Source of the DNA: Anaeromyxobacteraceae bacterium | GTDB taxonomy: Bacteria; Myxococcota; Myxococcia; Myxococcales; Anaeromyxobacteraceae | Length of the DNA stretch: 64,000 nucleotides | Direction: 5' to 3' | Assembly: GCA_047602405.1 (NCBI GenBank) | Contig: JASGHJ010000002.1 | Span: 640,001-704,000 of the forward strand | Program-made: the position numbers and the translations under genes | Shown: positions 1-9,877 of the stretch, piece after piece | Numbering within the stretch: position 1 is the first letter of the stretch | Layout of the letters: every line of letters starts with the position of its first letter | Notes under the pieces: model-generated | Seen by the model: the letters and a program-made list of their open reading frames with translations, nothing else | What the model was told of the DNA's origin: nothing | The model's database searches: none

Positions 1-282
1 GTTCTTCACGCCGGCGCCGTTGAGCTTCTTCTTCGCGTCGACGAGCGCGTTCGAGAGCCGCTTCATCTTGGCGTCGCAGCCCGGCTCGAGGACGTCGGTG
101 CCGCTCTTGAACGAGCACTGGTTCTTCTTGCCCTCGTCGAGGAGCTTCTTGTTGACCGACTTCTCGAGCTTTCCGACCGACGCATCGCCGGCGGCCTTCT
201 TGGCGACGTCCCAGGGCGTCTGGGCGCGGGCGGCGGCGGGGACGGAGAGCAGCAGGGCGGCGGCGAGGGCGAGGGTGCGCAT
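1..282 (-). CDS. Secreted protein, possibly OmpA-like domain; runs off the window edge
   Basis: Own translation: MRTLALAAALLLSVPAAARAQTPWDVAKK...CSFKSGTDVLEPGC; signal peptide; FxSGxxxL resembles the start of an OmpA C-terminal domain. Confidence 0.6.
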   Translation of the reverse strand, partial: MRTLALAAALLLSVPAAARAQTPWDVAKKAAGDASVGKLEKSVNKKLLDEGKKNQCSFKSGTDVLEPGCDAKMKRLSNALVDAKKKLNGAGVKN

Positions 283-338
283 GCCGGGGATGCTCGACCG
301 CGAGGGCGCCCCGGCGCAAGCGCCCTCGCGGGGGCGTG

Positions 339-1535
339 TCACTGTTGCCCGTGGTAGCCCTTCACGGCGTCCGCGCCGTGGCAGGTGGTGCACGCGTTCG
401 CCGCGGTCGGGTCCGCCACCTGCACCACGTGGTTGCAGTCGTCGAACGCGTTCCCGCCGGTCGCGCCGCACGTCTTCCCGGCCGACTGGTCGAACTTCAC
501 GTTGTCGTGGCAGGAGGTGCAGGCCGCCACCGACGGCTGCGACGCGAACCGGCCCGCGTCGTTCGAGCCCGTGTGGCAGATCGCGCAGTCGGAGACCCCG
601 CGGTACCAGGGGACCGCGAGGTCCGAGAAGTTCACCACGGACTGGTTGAACCCGACGATGTAGTAGGGCTTCCCCTGCTGCACGCTCGGGAGGTCCGCGC
701 CGGCGTGGATCTTGTGGACCATCACCTTGAAGTCGACGGTGCGGGAGGTCTCGGGGTCGGTCGTCGCGGGCGAGTGGCAGGTGGCGCAGAGCGCCACGCC
801 TCGCCGGGTCCCGTGGGCCTGCACGAACCCGTGGCAGGACGCGCACGCCGCGTCGCTCACCGCGAGCTGGTTCGAGGCGGTCCCGCCGCCGGACGGCACG
901 AAGTCGTGCGCGTCGTAGCCGATGAGGGCCTCGCCGCCCGACGCCTCGGTGCGGACCACCCAGCCCGCGACCGTGTGCGTGCGGGTCCGGTCGAGGCCGG
1001 TCACGTTCGTCGCCGGCATCGTGTACGTGTAGACACCGCCGCCCTTGTCCTGGAGGTCCGCCACCGGCCACGGCGCCGGGCCGGCCGCGGTGCGGGCCGG
1101 GGGCTCGTACTGGGCCTGCGGGAAGGTGCCGGTGGGCGGCAGGGCGCCGCCGCCGGCGGGCGGCGTGAACGCCTTCGGCGCGACGTCGGCGGAGTAGTAG
1201 CTCTTGTAGTCGCCGTGCTCGTCGAGCGCGGCGAGCGTGAAGCGCGGCACCGTGTTCGGGAACGTGGCCGGGGTCGCGTTCGCGTTCGCGAGCTCGGCGA
1301 GGAGCTCCACCGGCTTCCCGTCCGGGGTCGTCAGCTTGAAGGTGACGGTCGGGCGGCCGCTCTCCGGGACCTCCGCCGACTGGATGTCGAGGACGAGCGG
1401 CTGCTCGGGGACCGTGCCGCCGCCCCCGCCCCCGCCGCCACCCCCGCCGCCCCCGTCGTCGTCGTTCTTGCGGGAGCTGCCGCACGCCGCGAGCGCCACC
1501 GCGGCCGCCACACCGATCCACGCCCGGTAGGTCAT
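339..1535 (-). CDS. Multiheme c-type cytochrome lipoprotein, OmcA/MtrC-like, 5 hemes
   Basis: Lipobox LAAC, poly-Gly linker, five CxxCH (CASCH, CATCH, CAICH, CTSCH, CTTCH), VDFKVMVHKIHAG motif typical of MtrC/OmcA family. Confidence 0.85.
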   Translation of the reverse strand: MTYRAWIGVAAAVALAACGSSRKNDDDGGGGGGGGGGGGGTVPEQPLVLDIQSAEVPESGRPTVTFKLTTPDGKPVELLAELANANATPATFPNTVPRFTLAALDEHGDYKSYYSADVAPKAFTPPAGGGALPPTGTFPQAQYEPPARTAAGPAPWPVADLQDKGGGVYTYTMPATNVTGLDRTRTHTVAGWVVRTEASGGEALIGYDAHDFVPSGGGTASNQLAVSDAACASCHGFVQAHGTRRGVALCATCHSPATTDPETSRTVDFKVMVHKIHAGADLPSVQQGKPYYIVGFNQSVVNFSDLAVPWYRGVSDCAICHTGSNDAGRFASQPSVAACTSCHDNVKFDQSAGKTCGATGGNAFDDCNHVVQVADPTAANACTTCHGADAVKGYHGQQ

Positions 1536-1596
1536 GTGTTCACCTTGCGTCGCGAGGGCCGGGCGGGAAGGGGAGGGGCCCTGCGGGGTAGCGCTC

Positions 1597-1626
1597 TTGA
1601 CATAAAAATTATGACGGTGCGAGAGT
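1597..1626 (+). promoter_or_regulatory. Sigma70-type promoter with overlapping palindromic operator
   Basis: TTGACA at 1597-1602 overlapped by inverted repeat CATAA-AAA-TTATG; AT-rich island between divergent genes. Confidence 0.6.
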
Positions 1627-2212
1627 GGCGCCCGTGCCTGGTTCGCGCGCCGCCTTCTCCGCCGTCTTCCGGCCGACCCGCCTGAAGGTGCTCCGCGCGC
1701 TCGGCAGCCCGGCCACTGCCTCGGGCGTCGCCCGGGCGCTCGGCCTCCCGCGCCAGCAGGTCGCGTACCACCTGAAGGCGCTCCGCGCGGACGGGCTCGT
1801 CGAGGAGCTCGAGACCCGGCGGCGCGGCTCGGTCACCGAGCGGCTCCTGCGGGCCACCGCCCGGGCGTACCTCGTCGCCCCGGAGGTCCTGGACGCGCTG
1901 GGCCGCGAGCCCGACCAGGTCCGCGATCGCTTCTCCTCCGGCTACCTCGTCGCCGCCGCGGCCGACGCGATCCGCGACGTCGCGGCCGGCCGCGCCCGCG
2001 GGAAGGTCGCGACGCTCACGCTCCAGGCCGACGTGGCGCTCGCGACGCCGGCCGCGCGGAAGGCGTTCGCCGAGGAGCTCGCGAACGCCGTCGCGCGCGT
2101 CGTCGCGCGCCACCACGACGCCGCGGCGCCCGCGGCCGCACGCCACCGCCTGCTCGTCTCCGCCTGGGCCTCGCCCGGGCCTGCCCCAGCCCCCGAGGAG
2201 GATCCCGCATGA
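1625..2212 (+). CDS. ArsR-like winged HTH transcriptional regulator (start may be GTG 1634)
   Basis: PTRLKVLRALGSPATASGVARALGLPRQQVAYHLKALRADGLVE HTH signature. Confidence 0.85.
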   Translation: MAPVPGSRAAFSAVFRPTRLKVLRALGSPATASGVARALGLPRQQVAYHLKALRADGLVEELETRRRGSVTERLLRATARAYLVAPEVLDALGREPDQVRDRFSSGYLVAAAADAIRDVAAGRARGKVATLTLQADVALATPAARKAFAEELANAVARVVARHHDAAAPAAARHRLLVSAWASPGPAPAPEEDPA

Positions 2213-3000
2213 GTCCCGAGAAGAAGGCGAAGAAGCCGTCCGGCCGCATGGAGCGCAGCGTCACGCTGCGCGCGACGCCCGAGGAGGTCTGGAAGGCCGT
2301 CAGCGAGGCGGAGGGCATCGCCCGCTGGTTCGCGCCGGAGGTGAGCGTGAAGCCCGGCCCCGGCGGCGAGCTCTTCCTCGCCTGGGACGGGCAGGGCTTC
2401 CCGACGCCCATCACCATCTGGGAGCCCGGGCGCCGGCTCGTCTGCCGGGATCCGGACGCGGCGGACGGGGTGCACCTCGCGACCGAGTACGTGCTCGAGG
2501 CGAAGGGCGGCACGACGGTGCTGCGGGTCGTGCAGTCCGGCTTCGAGGAGGGCAGCGACATGGAGCAGGGGCTCGACCGCGGCTGGGCCGTGTTCCTCTC
2601 GAACCTCCGCCACGCGCTCGAGCGCGCGAAGGGGCTGCCGTGCGCGTACGGCTACGCGCAGATCCAGCCCGCGGCGGCGGAGGGCGCGTTCGCGCGGCTC
2701 CTCGGGCCGGGCCTGCTCGGCCTGGAGGGCGATCCGGGGGCGCTCGAGGCCGGCGCGCGGGTGACGCTCGCGCCGGGCGGCGAACGCTGCCAGGTGGAGG
2801 TCGACCTCTGGAAGCCGGGCCTCGCCTTCGGCGCGGCGCGGCTCGGCCGGAACGAGCGGTTCGCCCTCGTCCTCGAGCCCTGGGGCTTCGCGACGGCCTA
2901 CAGGCTCGCGTACGGGCTCGCGCCCGGCGAGGTCGCGGGTCACCTCGCGCGGTGGAAGGCGCTCGCCGCAGCGGCCGGCCCCGCCGCCTCCGGGGCTTGA
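2209..3000 (+). CDS. SRPBCC/AHSA1-domain protein
   Basis: ATPEEVWKAVSEAEGIARWF and GWAVFLSNLRHALE; ATGA overlap with regulator. Confidence 0.85.
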   Translation: MSPEKKAKKPSGRMERSVTLRATPEEVWKAVSEAEGIARWFAPEVSVKPGPGGELFLAWDGQGFPTPITIWEPGRRLVCRDPDAADGVHLATEYVLEAKGGTTVLRVVQSGFEEGSDMEQGLDRGWAVFLSNLRHALERAKGLPCAYGYAQIQPAAAEGAFARLLGPGLLGLEGDPGALEAGARVTLAPGGERCQVEVDLWKPGLAFGAARLGRNERFALVLEPWGFATAYRLAYGLAPGEVAGHLARWKALAAAAGPAASGA

Positions 3001-3031
3001 CGGAACGTCCGGGGGGTGGGCCCATGGCCGC

Positions 3032-3466
3032 ATGGCCCCGCAGTGGTCCGCCGCGCTCGCCGTCGGCGTCGAGGACATCGACGAGCAGCACCGGGAGCTC
3101 TTCCGGCGCGCGGGCGACCTCGTCCTCGCGCTGAAGGGCGGGCGGCGCGGCGACGTGGGCGCCCTCGTCGAGTACCTCGGCGAGTACGCCGACCGGCACT
3201 TCGCCGCCGAGGAGGCGCTCATGCGCGAGACGGCCTACCCGGACCTCGAGCGCCACCAGGCGCGCCACGAGGAGTTCCGTGCGGGGCTCCGCCGGTACGT
3301 GGGCGAGTACGAGCGGAAGGGCGCCACACCCCTCGTGACCCTGACGCTCCACAACTGGCTCTCCGACTGGCTCCGCGGCCACGTGTCGACGGCCGACGTG
3401 GACGTGGGCGCCCACGTGGCCCGGGTCCGGGCGGGAGGCACGTGTTCCTCGCCGCGCTCATCCTGA
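3032..3466 (+). CDS. Bacteriohemerythrin
   Basis: W..VGVEDIDEQHRELF, HFAAEEALM, HQARH, WLRGHVSTAD ligands. Confidence 0.9.
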   Translation: MAPQWSAALAVGVEDIDEQHRELFRRAGDLVLALKGGRRGDVGALVEYLGEYADRHFAAEEALMRETAYPDLERHQARHEEFRAGLRRYVGEYERKGATPLVTLTLHNWLSDWLRGHVSTADVDVGAHVARVRAGGTCSSPRSS

Positions 3467-3512
3467 GCGTAGGCCCCCGCTGCACTGCAGCGGGGGCCGA
3501 AGTCGAAGGACC
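3455..3512. repeat. Palindromic REP-like repeat, copy A
   Basis: cgctcatcctgagcgtaggcccccgctgcactgcagcgggggccgaagtcgaaggacc; homologous to 17620, 25081, 49523. Confidence 0.8.
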
Positions 3513-3562
3513 GCGGCCGCCCGCGTGCTAGATTCGGCCCGGTCACACCCCGGAAGCGCACC

Positions 3563-4365
3563 TTGGCCCGCGACCTCCTCGCCTTCCCCCGCGCCGTCGG
3601 CGGCGCCGTCGTCGACACGACGGCGTACGTGCTGCGCGTCTCCTCGATCATCGGCACGACGCTCGCCTCGCTGCTCGGCCGGCGCGGGCGGATGCGCCCC
3701 GCGGTGCGCGGGGTCTGGCGCGCGCAGGTCTACTTCACCGGCGTGCAGGCCATCCCGTTCGCGACGCTGCTCGCGCTCCTCGTCTCGATGATCGTCGTCG
3801 TGCAGGCGCGGCTCGCCGGTGCGGCGGCGGAGGGAGGGCCGCTCGGGCGGCTCCTCGTGATCGTGGTCGTGCGCGAGCTCGGGCCGCTCGCGGTCGCGAC
3901 CGTGGTCATCGCCCGCAGCTGCAGCGCCATCGCCGCGGAGCTGGGCGCGATGCGGGTCTCGGGCGAGGTGGACGGCCTCGCCGGCATGGGCATCGATCCC
4001 TTCGAGTACCTCGTGGTGCCGCGGGTGATTGGGGTCGCGACCGCGGTCGCGTGCCTGGGGGTCCTCTTCGCCACCGTCTCGGTGCTCGCGGGCGCCGCGA
4101 TGACCGCCTTCGTGGGCGCCAGCACCTCGGCCGACGCGGTCCTCGAGATCGTCGGCAGGAACCTCAGCCGGTGGACCACCTCGTGGTCCTCGCGAAGACC
4201 GCCGTGCCCGGGCTCCTCATGGCCGCGATCTCCTGCGAGGAGGGGCTCTCCGCCGCCCGCTCCATCACCGCCGTGCCGCCGTCGGTCTCGCGCGCGGTGG
4301 TCCGCTCCATGACCGCGGTCTTCGTCTGGGACGGGCTCGTCTCGGCCCTCGCCTACGCCCTGTGA
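3563..4365 (+). CDS. mlaE: MlaE-family ABC permease; apparent frameshift near 4168
   Basis: VRELGPL, AAELGAMRVSGEVDGLAGMGIDPFEYLVVPR; C-terminus (AVPPSVSRAVVRS) continues in another frame. Confidence 0.85.
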
Positions 4366-4369
4366 CCCC

Positions 4370-5035
4370 GTGAGCGCCGCCGTCCAGCTGAGCGGGGTCA
4401 CGCTCCTCGATCGCTCGGGCCGGCCGCTCGTCGAGGGCCTCGACCTCGAGGTCGCCGCCGGCGAGGCGGTCGTCATCTCCGCGCCGCCGGAGATCGGCTC
4501 GGTCATCCTGCGGTCGCTCGTGGGCCTCGAGGTGCCGGCGCGCGGCGCCGTGCGGCTCCTGGGGGAGGACGTCCTCGCGCTGAGGAAGGGCGCCGGCGAG
4601 CAGCTCCTCGCCGGCGTCGGCTACCTGCCGCGCCACGGCGCGCTGGTCTCGAACCTGCCCATCCGCGAGAACCTCGTGCTGCCCGTGCTCTGGCACCGGC
4701 ACGTCCCGCGGGCGCAGGCGCTCGAGGCGGCGGCGCGGAGCGCCGCGCGGTTCGGGCTCGAGGAGCTGCCCGCGGTCATCCCGCCGCTCGCGTCGGTGTC
4801 GGTCCGCCGGCGCGCCGCGCTCGCCCGCGCCGCGGTGCTCGATCCCTCGGTGCTGCTCCTCGACGACCCCACCGAGGACCTCGACCCCCACGACGCCGGC
4901 GACGTCGCCGGCCGCCTCGCCGCCACCGCGAAGGCGCTCGGCGCCGCGGTGCTCGCCACCTCGCACGAGTACGACGTGCCGATGGCGCTTCAGGCGCGCG
5001 TCCTCCACCTCCGCCACCCCCCGAGGCAGCCATGA
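4370..5035 (+). CDS. MlaF-like ABC ATP-binding subunit with degenerate motifs
   Basis: ABC scaffold (LVSNLPIRENLVLP, RRAALARA, LLLDDPT, TSH) but Walker A reads SAPPEIGS. Confidence 0.75.
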   Translation: MSAAVQLSGVTLLDRSGRPLVEGLDLEVAAGEAVVISAPPEIGSVILRSLVGLEVPARGAVRLLGEDVLALRKGAGEQLLAGVGYLPRHGALVSNLPIRENLVLPVLWHRHVPRAQALEAAARSAARFGLEELPAVIPPLASVSVRRRAALARAAVLDPSVLLLDDPTEDLDPHDAGDVAGRLAATAKALGAAVLATSHEYDVPMALQARVLHLRHPPRQP

Positions 5036-6078
5036 GCCTGCGCGAGCCCTTCCAGTTCCGCTACATGCGCGAGATCGTCGGCCTGTTCGTCCTCGGCTCG
5101 ATGCTCGTCGCGCTCGGCAGCATCGTCGTGCTCGGCAACGCGCAGCGCTGGTTCGAGCGGCGCGTGGAGGTCCAGGCGCTGTTCGCCGCCGAGAAGGCCA
5201 CCGTGATCCACCCGGGCGTCCCGGTGCGGCTCGCGGGCGAGAGCGTGGGGCAGGTCGAGGAGGTGAAGAACGAGAAGGACGGCCACGCCCGGGTGCGCAT
5301 GCGCGTGCGGCACGCCGCGCGCACCTCCCTGCGCGCCGACTCGAAGGCGATCCTGCGCGTGCCCATCGCCGGCCTCGTCGGCGACCTCGCGATCGAGCTC
5401 ACCCCGGGCGGCGACGCGCCGGCGGTGCCCGACGACTTCGAGCTCCCCGGCATCACCCAGGGCGACCTCCTCGCCGAGCTCGAGGGCGTGCTCCGCGAGC
5501 TCGGCACCGACCTGCCGGCGCTCACCGCGGAGGTGACCGAGCTCCTCCACCACACGAACGCGCTCCTCGCCCAGGCCGAGCAGGGGAGGGCCGGCACGCA
5601 CGCGGCCGCCCTGCTCGCGCGCGGCTCCGCGCTCGCCGCGCAGGCGGAGGACGCTCGCGTCATCGCCCGCGCCGCCGGCGTGGTGGGCGAGCTCGAGGCG
5701 CTGCTCGCCTCGGTGCGCAAGGGGGAGGGGACGGCCGGCAAGCTCGTCAGCGACCCCGCGATGCACGAGCGGGTGACGCGCCTGCTCGACGACGTCCACC
5801 ACAGCTGGGGCGACGTCCAGAAGCTCCTCGTCGCGGCGGGGAAGATCGGCGACGACGGCTCGGTGGTCTCCGCCGAGCTGCGCAAGCGCGCCGACGACCT
5901 GCCGGCGATGCTCGACCAGACGCAGCGGCTGCTCCTGCGGACCAACCAGACGCTCGAGGCCGTGCAGCGCCACTGGCTGCTCCGCGGCAACGTGGAGGAC
6001 CCGGCGCCGCTCCCCGAGCCGCCCGCAGTCCTCGATCGCGCAGAGCCCGTGCCCGCGAAGGGCGAGGTGAAGCCGTGA
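5032..6078 (+). CDS. MlaD/Mce-domain protein
   Basis: N-terminal TM, PGVPVRLAGESVGQVEEV, LVGDLAIELTPG, helical tail with GEGTAGKLVSDP. Confidence 0.85.
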   Translation: MSLREPFQFRYMREIVGLFVLGSMLVALGSIVVLGNAQRWFERRVEVQALFAAEKATVIHPGVPVRLAGESVGQVEEVKNEKDGHARVRMRVRHAARTSLRADSKAILRVPIAGLVGDLAIELTPGGDAPAVPDDFELPGITQGDLLAELEGVLRELGTDLPALTAEVTELLHHTNALLAQAEQGRAGTHAAALLARGSALAAQAEDARVIARAAGVVGELEALLASVRKGEGTAGKLVSDPAMHERVTRLLDDVHHSWGDVQKLLVAAGKIGDDGSVVSAELRKRADDLPAMLDQTQRLLLRTNQTLEAVQRHWLLRGNVEDPAPLPEPPAVLDRAEPVPAKGEVKP

Positions 6079-6969
6079 GGCCGCTCCTCCTGGCGGGCTG
6101 CCTGGCCGCGGCCGCCTGCGGCGCCCCGCAGCGGCCGCCGTCGCCGGTCGAGCAGGCGCGGCTCCTCGGCGCCTCGGGCGACGAGGCCCGCGCGCTCGGG
6201 GACCCGGGCGGCGCCGCGCGCTCGTACGCCCGGGCGCTCGCCTCCGCCCGGGCGGGCGACGACCGCCGGCTCGCCGCCGACCTCGGCTACCGGCTCGGGA
6301 TCGCGTACCTCTCGGCCGGGCTCGCCCGCGAGGCGGCGGTGGCGCTCGACGACGCGGCCCGCACCGCCGCCGCGGTCGGCGAGGCGAAGCTCGAGGTGAG
6401 GGCGCTCCTCGCGCTCGCGCGCGCCCGGCAGGACGCGGGCGACGCGGCGGTGGGGGCCGCGCTCGATCGCGCCCTCCTGGCCGCTCGCTCGTCGGGCGAC
6501 CGGCCGGGCGAGGCGCTCGCGCACGTGGGCCTCGCCGCGCTCGGCGACGACGCCTCCGCGCGCGGCCACCTCGACGCCGCCCAGGCCCTCGCCGGCAAGG
6601 AGCCGGCGGTCGCCGCGCCGCTCGCGCTCAACCGCGCGCGCCGCGCCGAGCGCGCGAACGACGGGGCTGCCGCGGGGCTCTACCGGACCGCGGCCGACGG
6701 CTTCCGCGCCCTCGAGGACGGCGCCGGGCTGTACGAGGCGCTCGCCGGGGCCGCCCGCGCCGCGGATCGCACCGGCGGTGCGCCCGGGGAGGCCGCCGAG
6801 CTCCACCGGCGGGCGGCCGACGCCGCGGTGCGGATTCGGGGCCATCCCGCGGGCGGCGGCCGAGCTGCGCCTCGCCGCCGCAGCCCACGCGCGCGCCGGC
6901 GAGCCGGGGCAGGCCGCCCGCCGCGAGGAAGAGGCCCGCCGGCTCGAGGCCGACGCCGCGGCGCGGTAG
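6075..6969 (+). CDS. TPR-like lipoprotein; apparent +1 frameshift at about 6835
   Basis: Lipobox AAAC, Ala-rich helical repeats; restoring GATTC to GATC gives a stop at 6967-6969. Confidence 0.65.
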
Positions 6970-7034
6970 CGCACGGACGTCACGTCCGGGCCCCCCTCGT
7001 GACTTCGGGGGAACCCGCCGTTAGAACCCGGGCC

Positions 7035-8825
7035 GTGCCTTCCATCAACGATCTGTCGATCCAGGTGGCGACCGCGAACGGGTCGGGCTCCCAGAGCTCG
7101 AACTCCGTCCTCCTGCGGGCCCTGTTCCAGATGGGCATCCCGGTCTCCGGGAAGAACCTCTTTCCCTCCAACATCGCCGGGCTCCCGACCTGGTACACGA
7201 TCCGCGCGTCGAAGGACGGGTGGATCGCGCGCAAGAAGGAGATCGACGTCCTCGTCGCGATGAACCCCGACACCGCGAAGGAGGACGTCCGCGGCCTCGC
7301 GCCCGGCAGCGCCGTCGTCTACGACGCGCCGCTCGCGCTCGAGGCGGTGCGCGACGACGTGGTCCTCTACCCCGTCGCGTTCGACAAGGTGGTCGACGGG
7401 CTGGGGGCCGACGCCAAGGTCAAGAAGCTCCTGCGCAACATGGCGTACGTGGGCGTCCTCGCGCGCCTGCTCGGCATCGAGATGGCCGAGGTCGAGAAGG
7501 CCATCGGGCGGGCCTTCGAGAAGAAGGTGAAGGCGCGCGACCTCAACGTCGCCGCAGCGCGCGCGGGCTTCGAGCACGCCGGGAAGCTCGAGAAGAAGGA
7601 CCGCTTCGCGGTCGAGCGGATGGACCGCACCGCCGGCAAGATCATGGTCGACGGCAACGAGGCGTGCGCCCTCGGCGCGCTCTTCGCGGGCGTGACGGTC
7701 GTGACCTGGTACCCCATCACGCCCTCCTCGTCGCTCGTCGAGCGGCTCATCGGCCACCTCCGGCGGCACCGCACCGGCCCCGACGGCAAGGCGACCTACG
7801 CGGTCGTGCAGGCCGAGGACGAGCTCGCCGCGATCGGCATGGTGCTCGGCGCCGGCTGGGCCGGCGCGCGCGCGATGACCGCGACGAGCGGCCCCGGCAT
7901 CTCCCTCATGTCCGAGTTCGCCGGCCTGGGCTACTTTGCCGAGATCCCGGCCGTCGTGTTCGACGTGCAGCGCGTCGGCCCGTCCACGGGCCTGCCGACC
8001 CGGACCGCGCAGGGCGACCTCCTCTCCACCGCGTTCCTCTCCCACGGCGACACCCGCCACCCCATCCTCCTGCCGGGCTCCGTCGAGGAGTGCTTCTCGA
8101 TGGGCACGCAGGCGTTCGACGTCGCGGAGCGGCTGCAGACGCCGGTGTTCGTGCTCACCGACCTCGACCTCGGCATGAACGTCTGGATGGGCGAGCCGTT
8201 CGAGTACCCGGACCGGCCCATGGACCGCGGCAAGGTGCTCGACGCCGCGGCTCTCGAGAAGGCCGGCGGGTTCGCCCGGTACCGCGACGTGGACGGCGAC
8301 GGCGTCGGCTGGCGCACGCTGCCCGGCACCCGCCACCCGAAGGCCGCGTACTTCACGCGCGGCACCGGCCACGACGACGCGGCGGTGTACTCGGAGAACC
8401 ACGAGATCTTCGAGCAGAACATGGCCCGCCTCGCGAGGAAGCTCTCCGCCGGGCGCGCCCACCTGCCCGCGCCGGTCCGGAGCGGCGCCGGCGCCCGGGT
8501 CGGCGTCATCTCCTACGGCTCCTCGCAGTTCGCCGTCGACGAGAGCCGCGCGCAGCTGCGCGCCGAGCGAGGCCTCGAGACCGACCACCTGCGCGTGCGG
8601 GCCTGGCCGTTCCACGACGAGGTCGAGGCCTTCGTGCGCGAGCACGACCGCGTCTACGTGGTCGAGCAGAACCGCGACGCGCAGCTCGCCGCGCTCCTGA
8701 AGATCGACCTGCCGGCCGCGCTCGTGGTGCGCCTCAGGCCCGTGGCCCACGTCCACGGCCTGCCGCTCGACGCGCGCAGCGTGACCGACGAGATTGCCGG
8801 CCTCGAAGCGAAGGAGGGGAAGTAG
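7035..8825 (+). CDS. korA: 2-oxoacid:ferredoxin oxidoreductase alpha subunit
   Basis: ATANGSGSQS, WYPITPSS, QAEDELAA, ATSGPGISLM, QRVGPSTGLPT. Confidence 0.9.
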   Translation: MPSINDLSIQVATANGSGSQSSNSVLLRALFQMGIPVSGKNLFPSNIAGLPTWYTIRASKDGWIARKKEIDVLVAMNPDTAKEDVRGLAPGSAVVYDAPLALEAVRDDVVLYPVAFDKVVDGLGADAKVKKLLRNMAYVGVLARLLGIEMAEVEKAIGRAFEKKVKARDLNVAAARAGFEHAGKLEKKDRFAVERMDRTAGKIMVDGNEACALGALFAGVTVVTWYPITPSSSLVERLIGHLRRHRTGPDGKATYAVVQAEDELAAIGMVLGAGWAGARAMTATSGPGISLMSEFAGLGYFAEIPAVVFDVQRVGPSTGLPTRTAQGDLLSTAFLSHGDTRHPILLPGSVEECFSMGTQAFDVAERLQTPVFVLTDLDLGMNVWMGEPFEYPDRPMDRGKVLDAAALEKAGGFARYRDVDGDGVGWRTLPGTRHPKAAYFTRGTGHDDAAVYSENHEIFEQNMARLARKLSAGRAHLPAPVRSGAGARVGVISYGSSQFAVDESRAQLRAERGLETDHLRVRAWPFHDEVEAFVREHDRVYVVEQNRDAQLAALLKIDLPAALVVRLRPVAHVHGLPLDARSVTDEIAGLEAKEGK

Positions 8826-8827
8826 CC

Positions 8828-9877
8828 ATGGCCGACCCGACCACCCCCGCGGGGCCCGCCCTCAAGGTGAACCGCCTCGGCCTCGCGGTGCTCGACTACC
8901 GCGGCGGCAAGACCACGCTCTGCGCCGGCTGCGGCCACAACGCCATCTCCGAGCGGATCGTCGACGCGTTCTACGACCTCGGCGTCCAGCCGGAGCGCGT
9001 GGCGAAGCTCTCCGGCATCGGCTGCTCGTCGAAGAGCCCGGCCTACTTCCTCTCGCGCTCCCACGCGTTCAACTCGGTCCACGGGCGCATGCCGTCGGTC
9101 GCGACCGGCGCGGTGCTCGCGAACACGGGCCTGCTCGCCCTCGGCGTCTCCGGCGACGGCGACACGGCCTCCATCGGCATCGGCCAGTTCGTGCACCTGA
9201 TGCGCCGCAACGTGCCGATGATCTACGTCGTCGAGAACAACGGCGTGTACGGCCTCACGAAGGGCCAGTTCTCGGCCACCGCCGACGTCGGCTCGACGCT
9301 GAAGGGCGGGGTGGCGAACGATCTCCCGCCCATCGACGTCTGCGCGATGGCGATCCAGCTCGGGGCCACCTTCGTGGGCCGCAGCTTCTCCGGCGACAAG
9401 CGCCAGCTCTCGGCGATGCTGAAGGGCGCCATCGCCCACCGCGGCACCGCGCTCCTCGACGTGGTCTCGCCCTGCGTGACCTTCAACGACCACGAGGGCT
9501 CGACGAAGTCCTACGAGTACATGAAGGACCACGACGCCCCGCTCCAGGAGCTGAGCTTCATCCCGGCCTACGAGAACATCGAGGTCAGCTACGAGCCCGG
9601 GACGACCATCGACGTCGACATGCACGACGGCTCGAAGCTGCGCCTCAAGAAGCTCGAGGAGGGCTACGACCCCACCGACCGCATCCGCGCCGTCGCGCGG
9701 CTCATGGAGGCGGGCAGGAAGGGCGAGGTCCTCACCGGCGTGCTCTTCGCCGACACGAAGGCGCCCACGTTCGTCGACGGCCTCAAGCTCGTGGACGCGC
9801 CGCTCGCGACGCTGCCCGAGTCCGCGACGCGGCCTTCGCGCGCGGCGCTGGACGAGATTGTGGCGCGGCTGAGGTAG
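8828..9877 (+). CDS. korB: 2-oxoacid:ferredoxin oxidoreductase beta subunit
   Basis: LCAGCGH, SGIGCSS, HGR, GDGD..NNGVYGLTKGQ TPP-binding motif, SPCVTFN. Confidence 0.92.
   Translation: MADPTTPAGPALKVNRLGLAVLDYRGGKTTLCAGCGHNAISERIVDAFYDLGVQPERVAKLSGIGCSSKSPAYFLSRSHAFNSVHGRMPSVATGAVLANTGLLALGVSGDGDTASIGIGQFVHLMRRNVPMIYVVENNGVYGLTKGQFSATADVGSTLKGGVANDLPPIDVCAMAIQLGATFVGRSFSGDKRQLSAMLKGAIAHRGTALLDVVSPCVTFNDHEGSTKSYEYMKDHDAPLQELSFIPAYENIEVSYEPGTTIDVDMHDGSKLRLKKLEEGYDPTDRIRAVARLMEAGRKGEVLTGVLFADTKAPTFVDGLKLVDAPLATLPESATRPSRAALDEIVARLR

Noticed and set aside
6075..8825. Apparent TPR-lipoprotein/KorA fusion (916 aa ORF)
   Set aside because: Created by the extra base at about 6835; the lipoprotein ends at 6969 and korA has its own start at 7035
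9783..9877. Long convergent overlaps (LysR/korB and GtrA fusion/TRIC at 52859-53036)
   Set aside because: Tails are low-complexity; stop scarcity or indel error explains them without invoking antisense control
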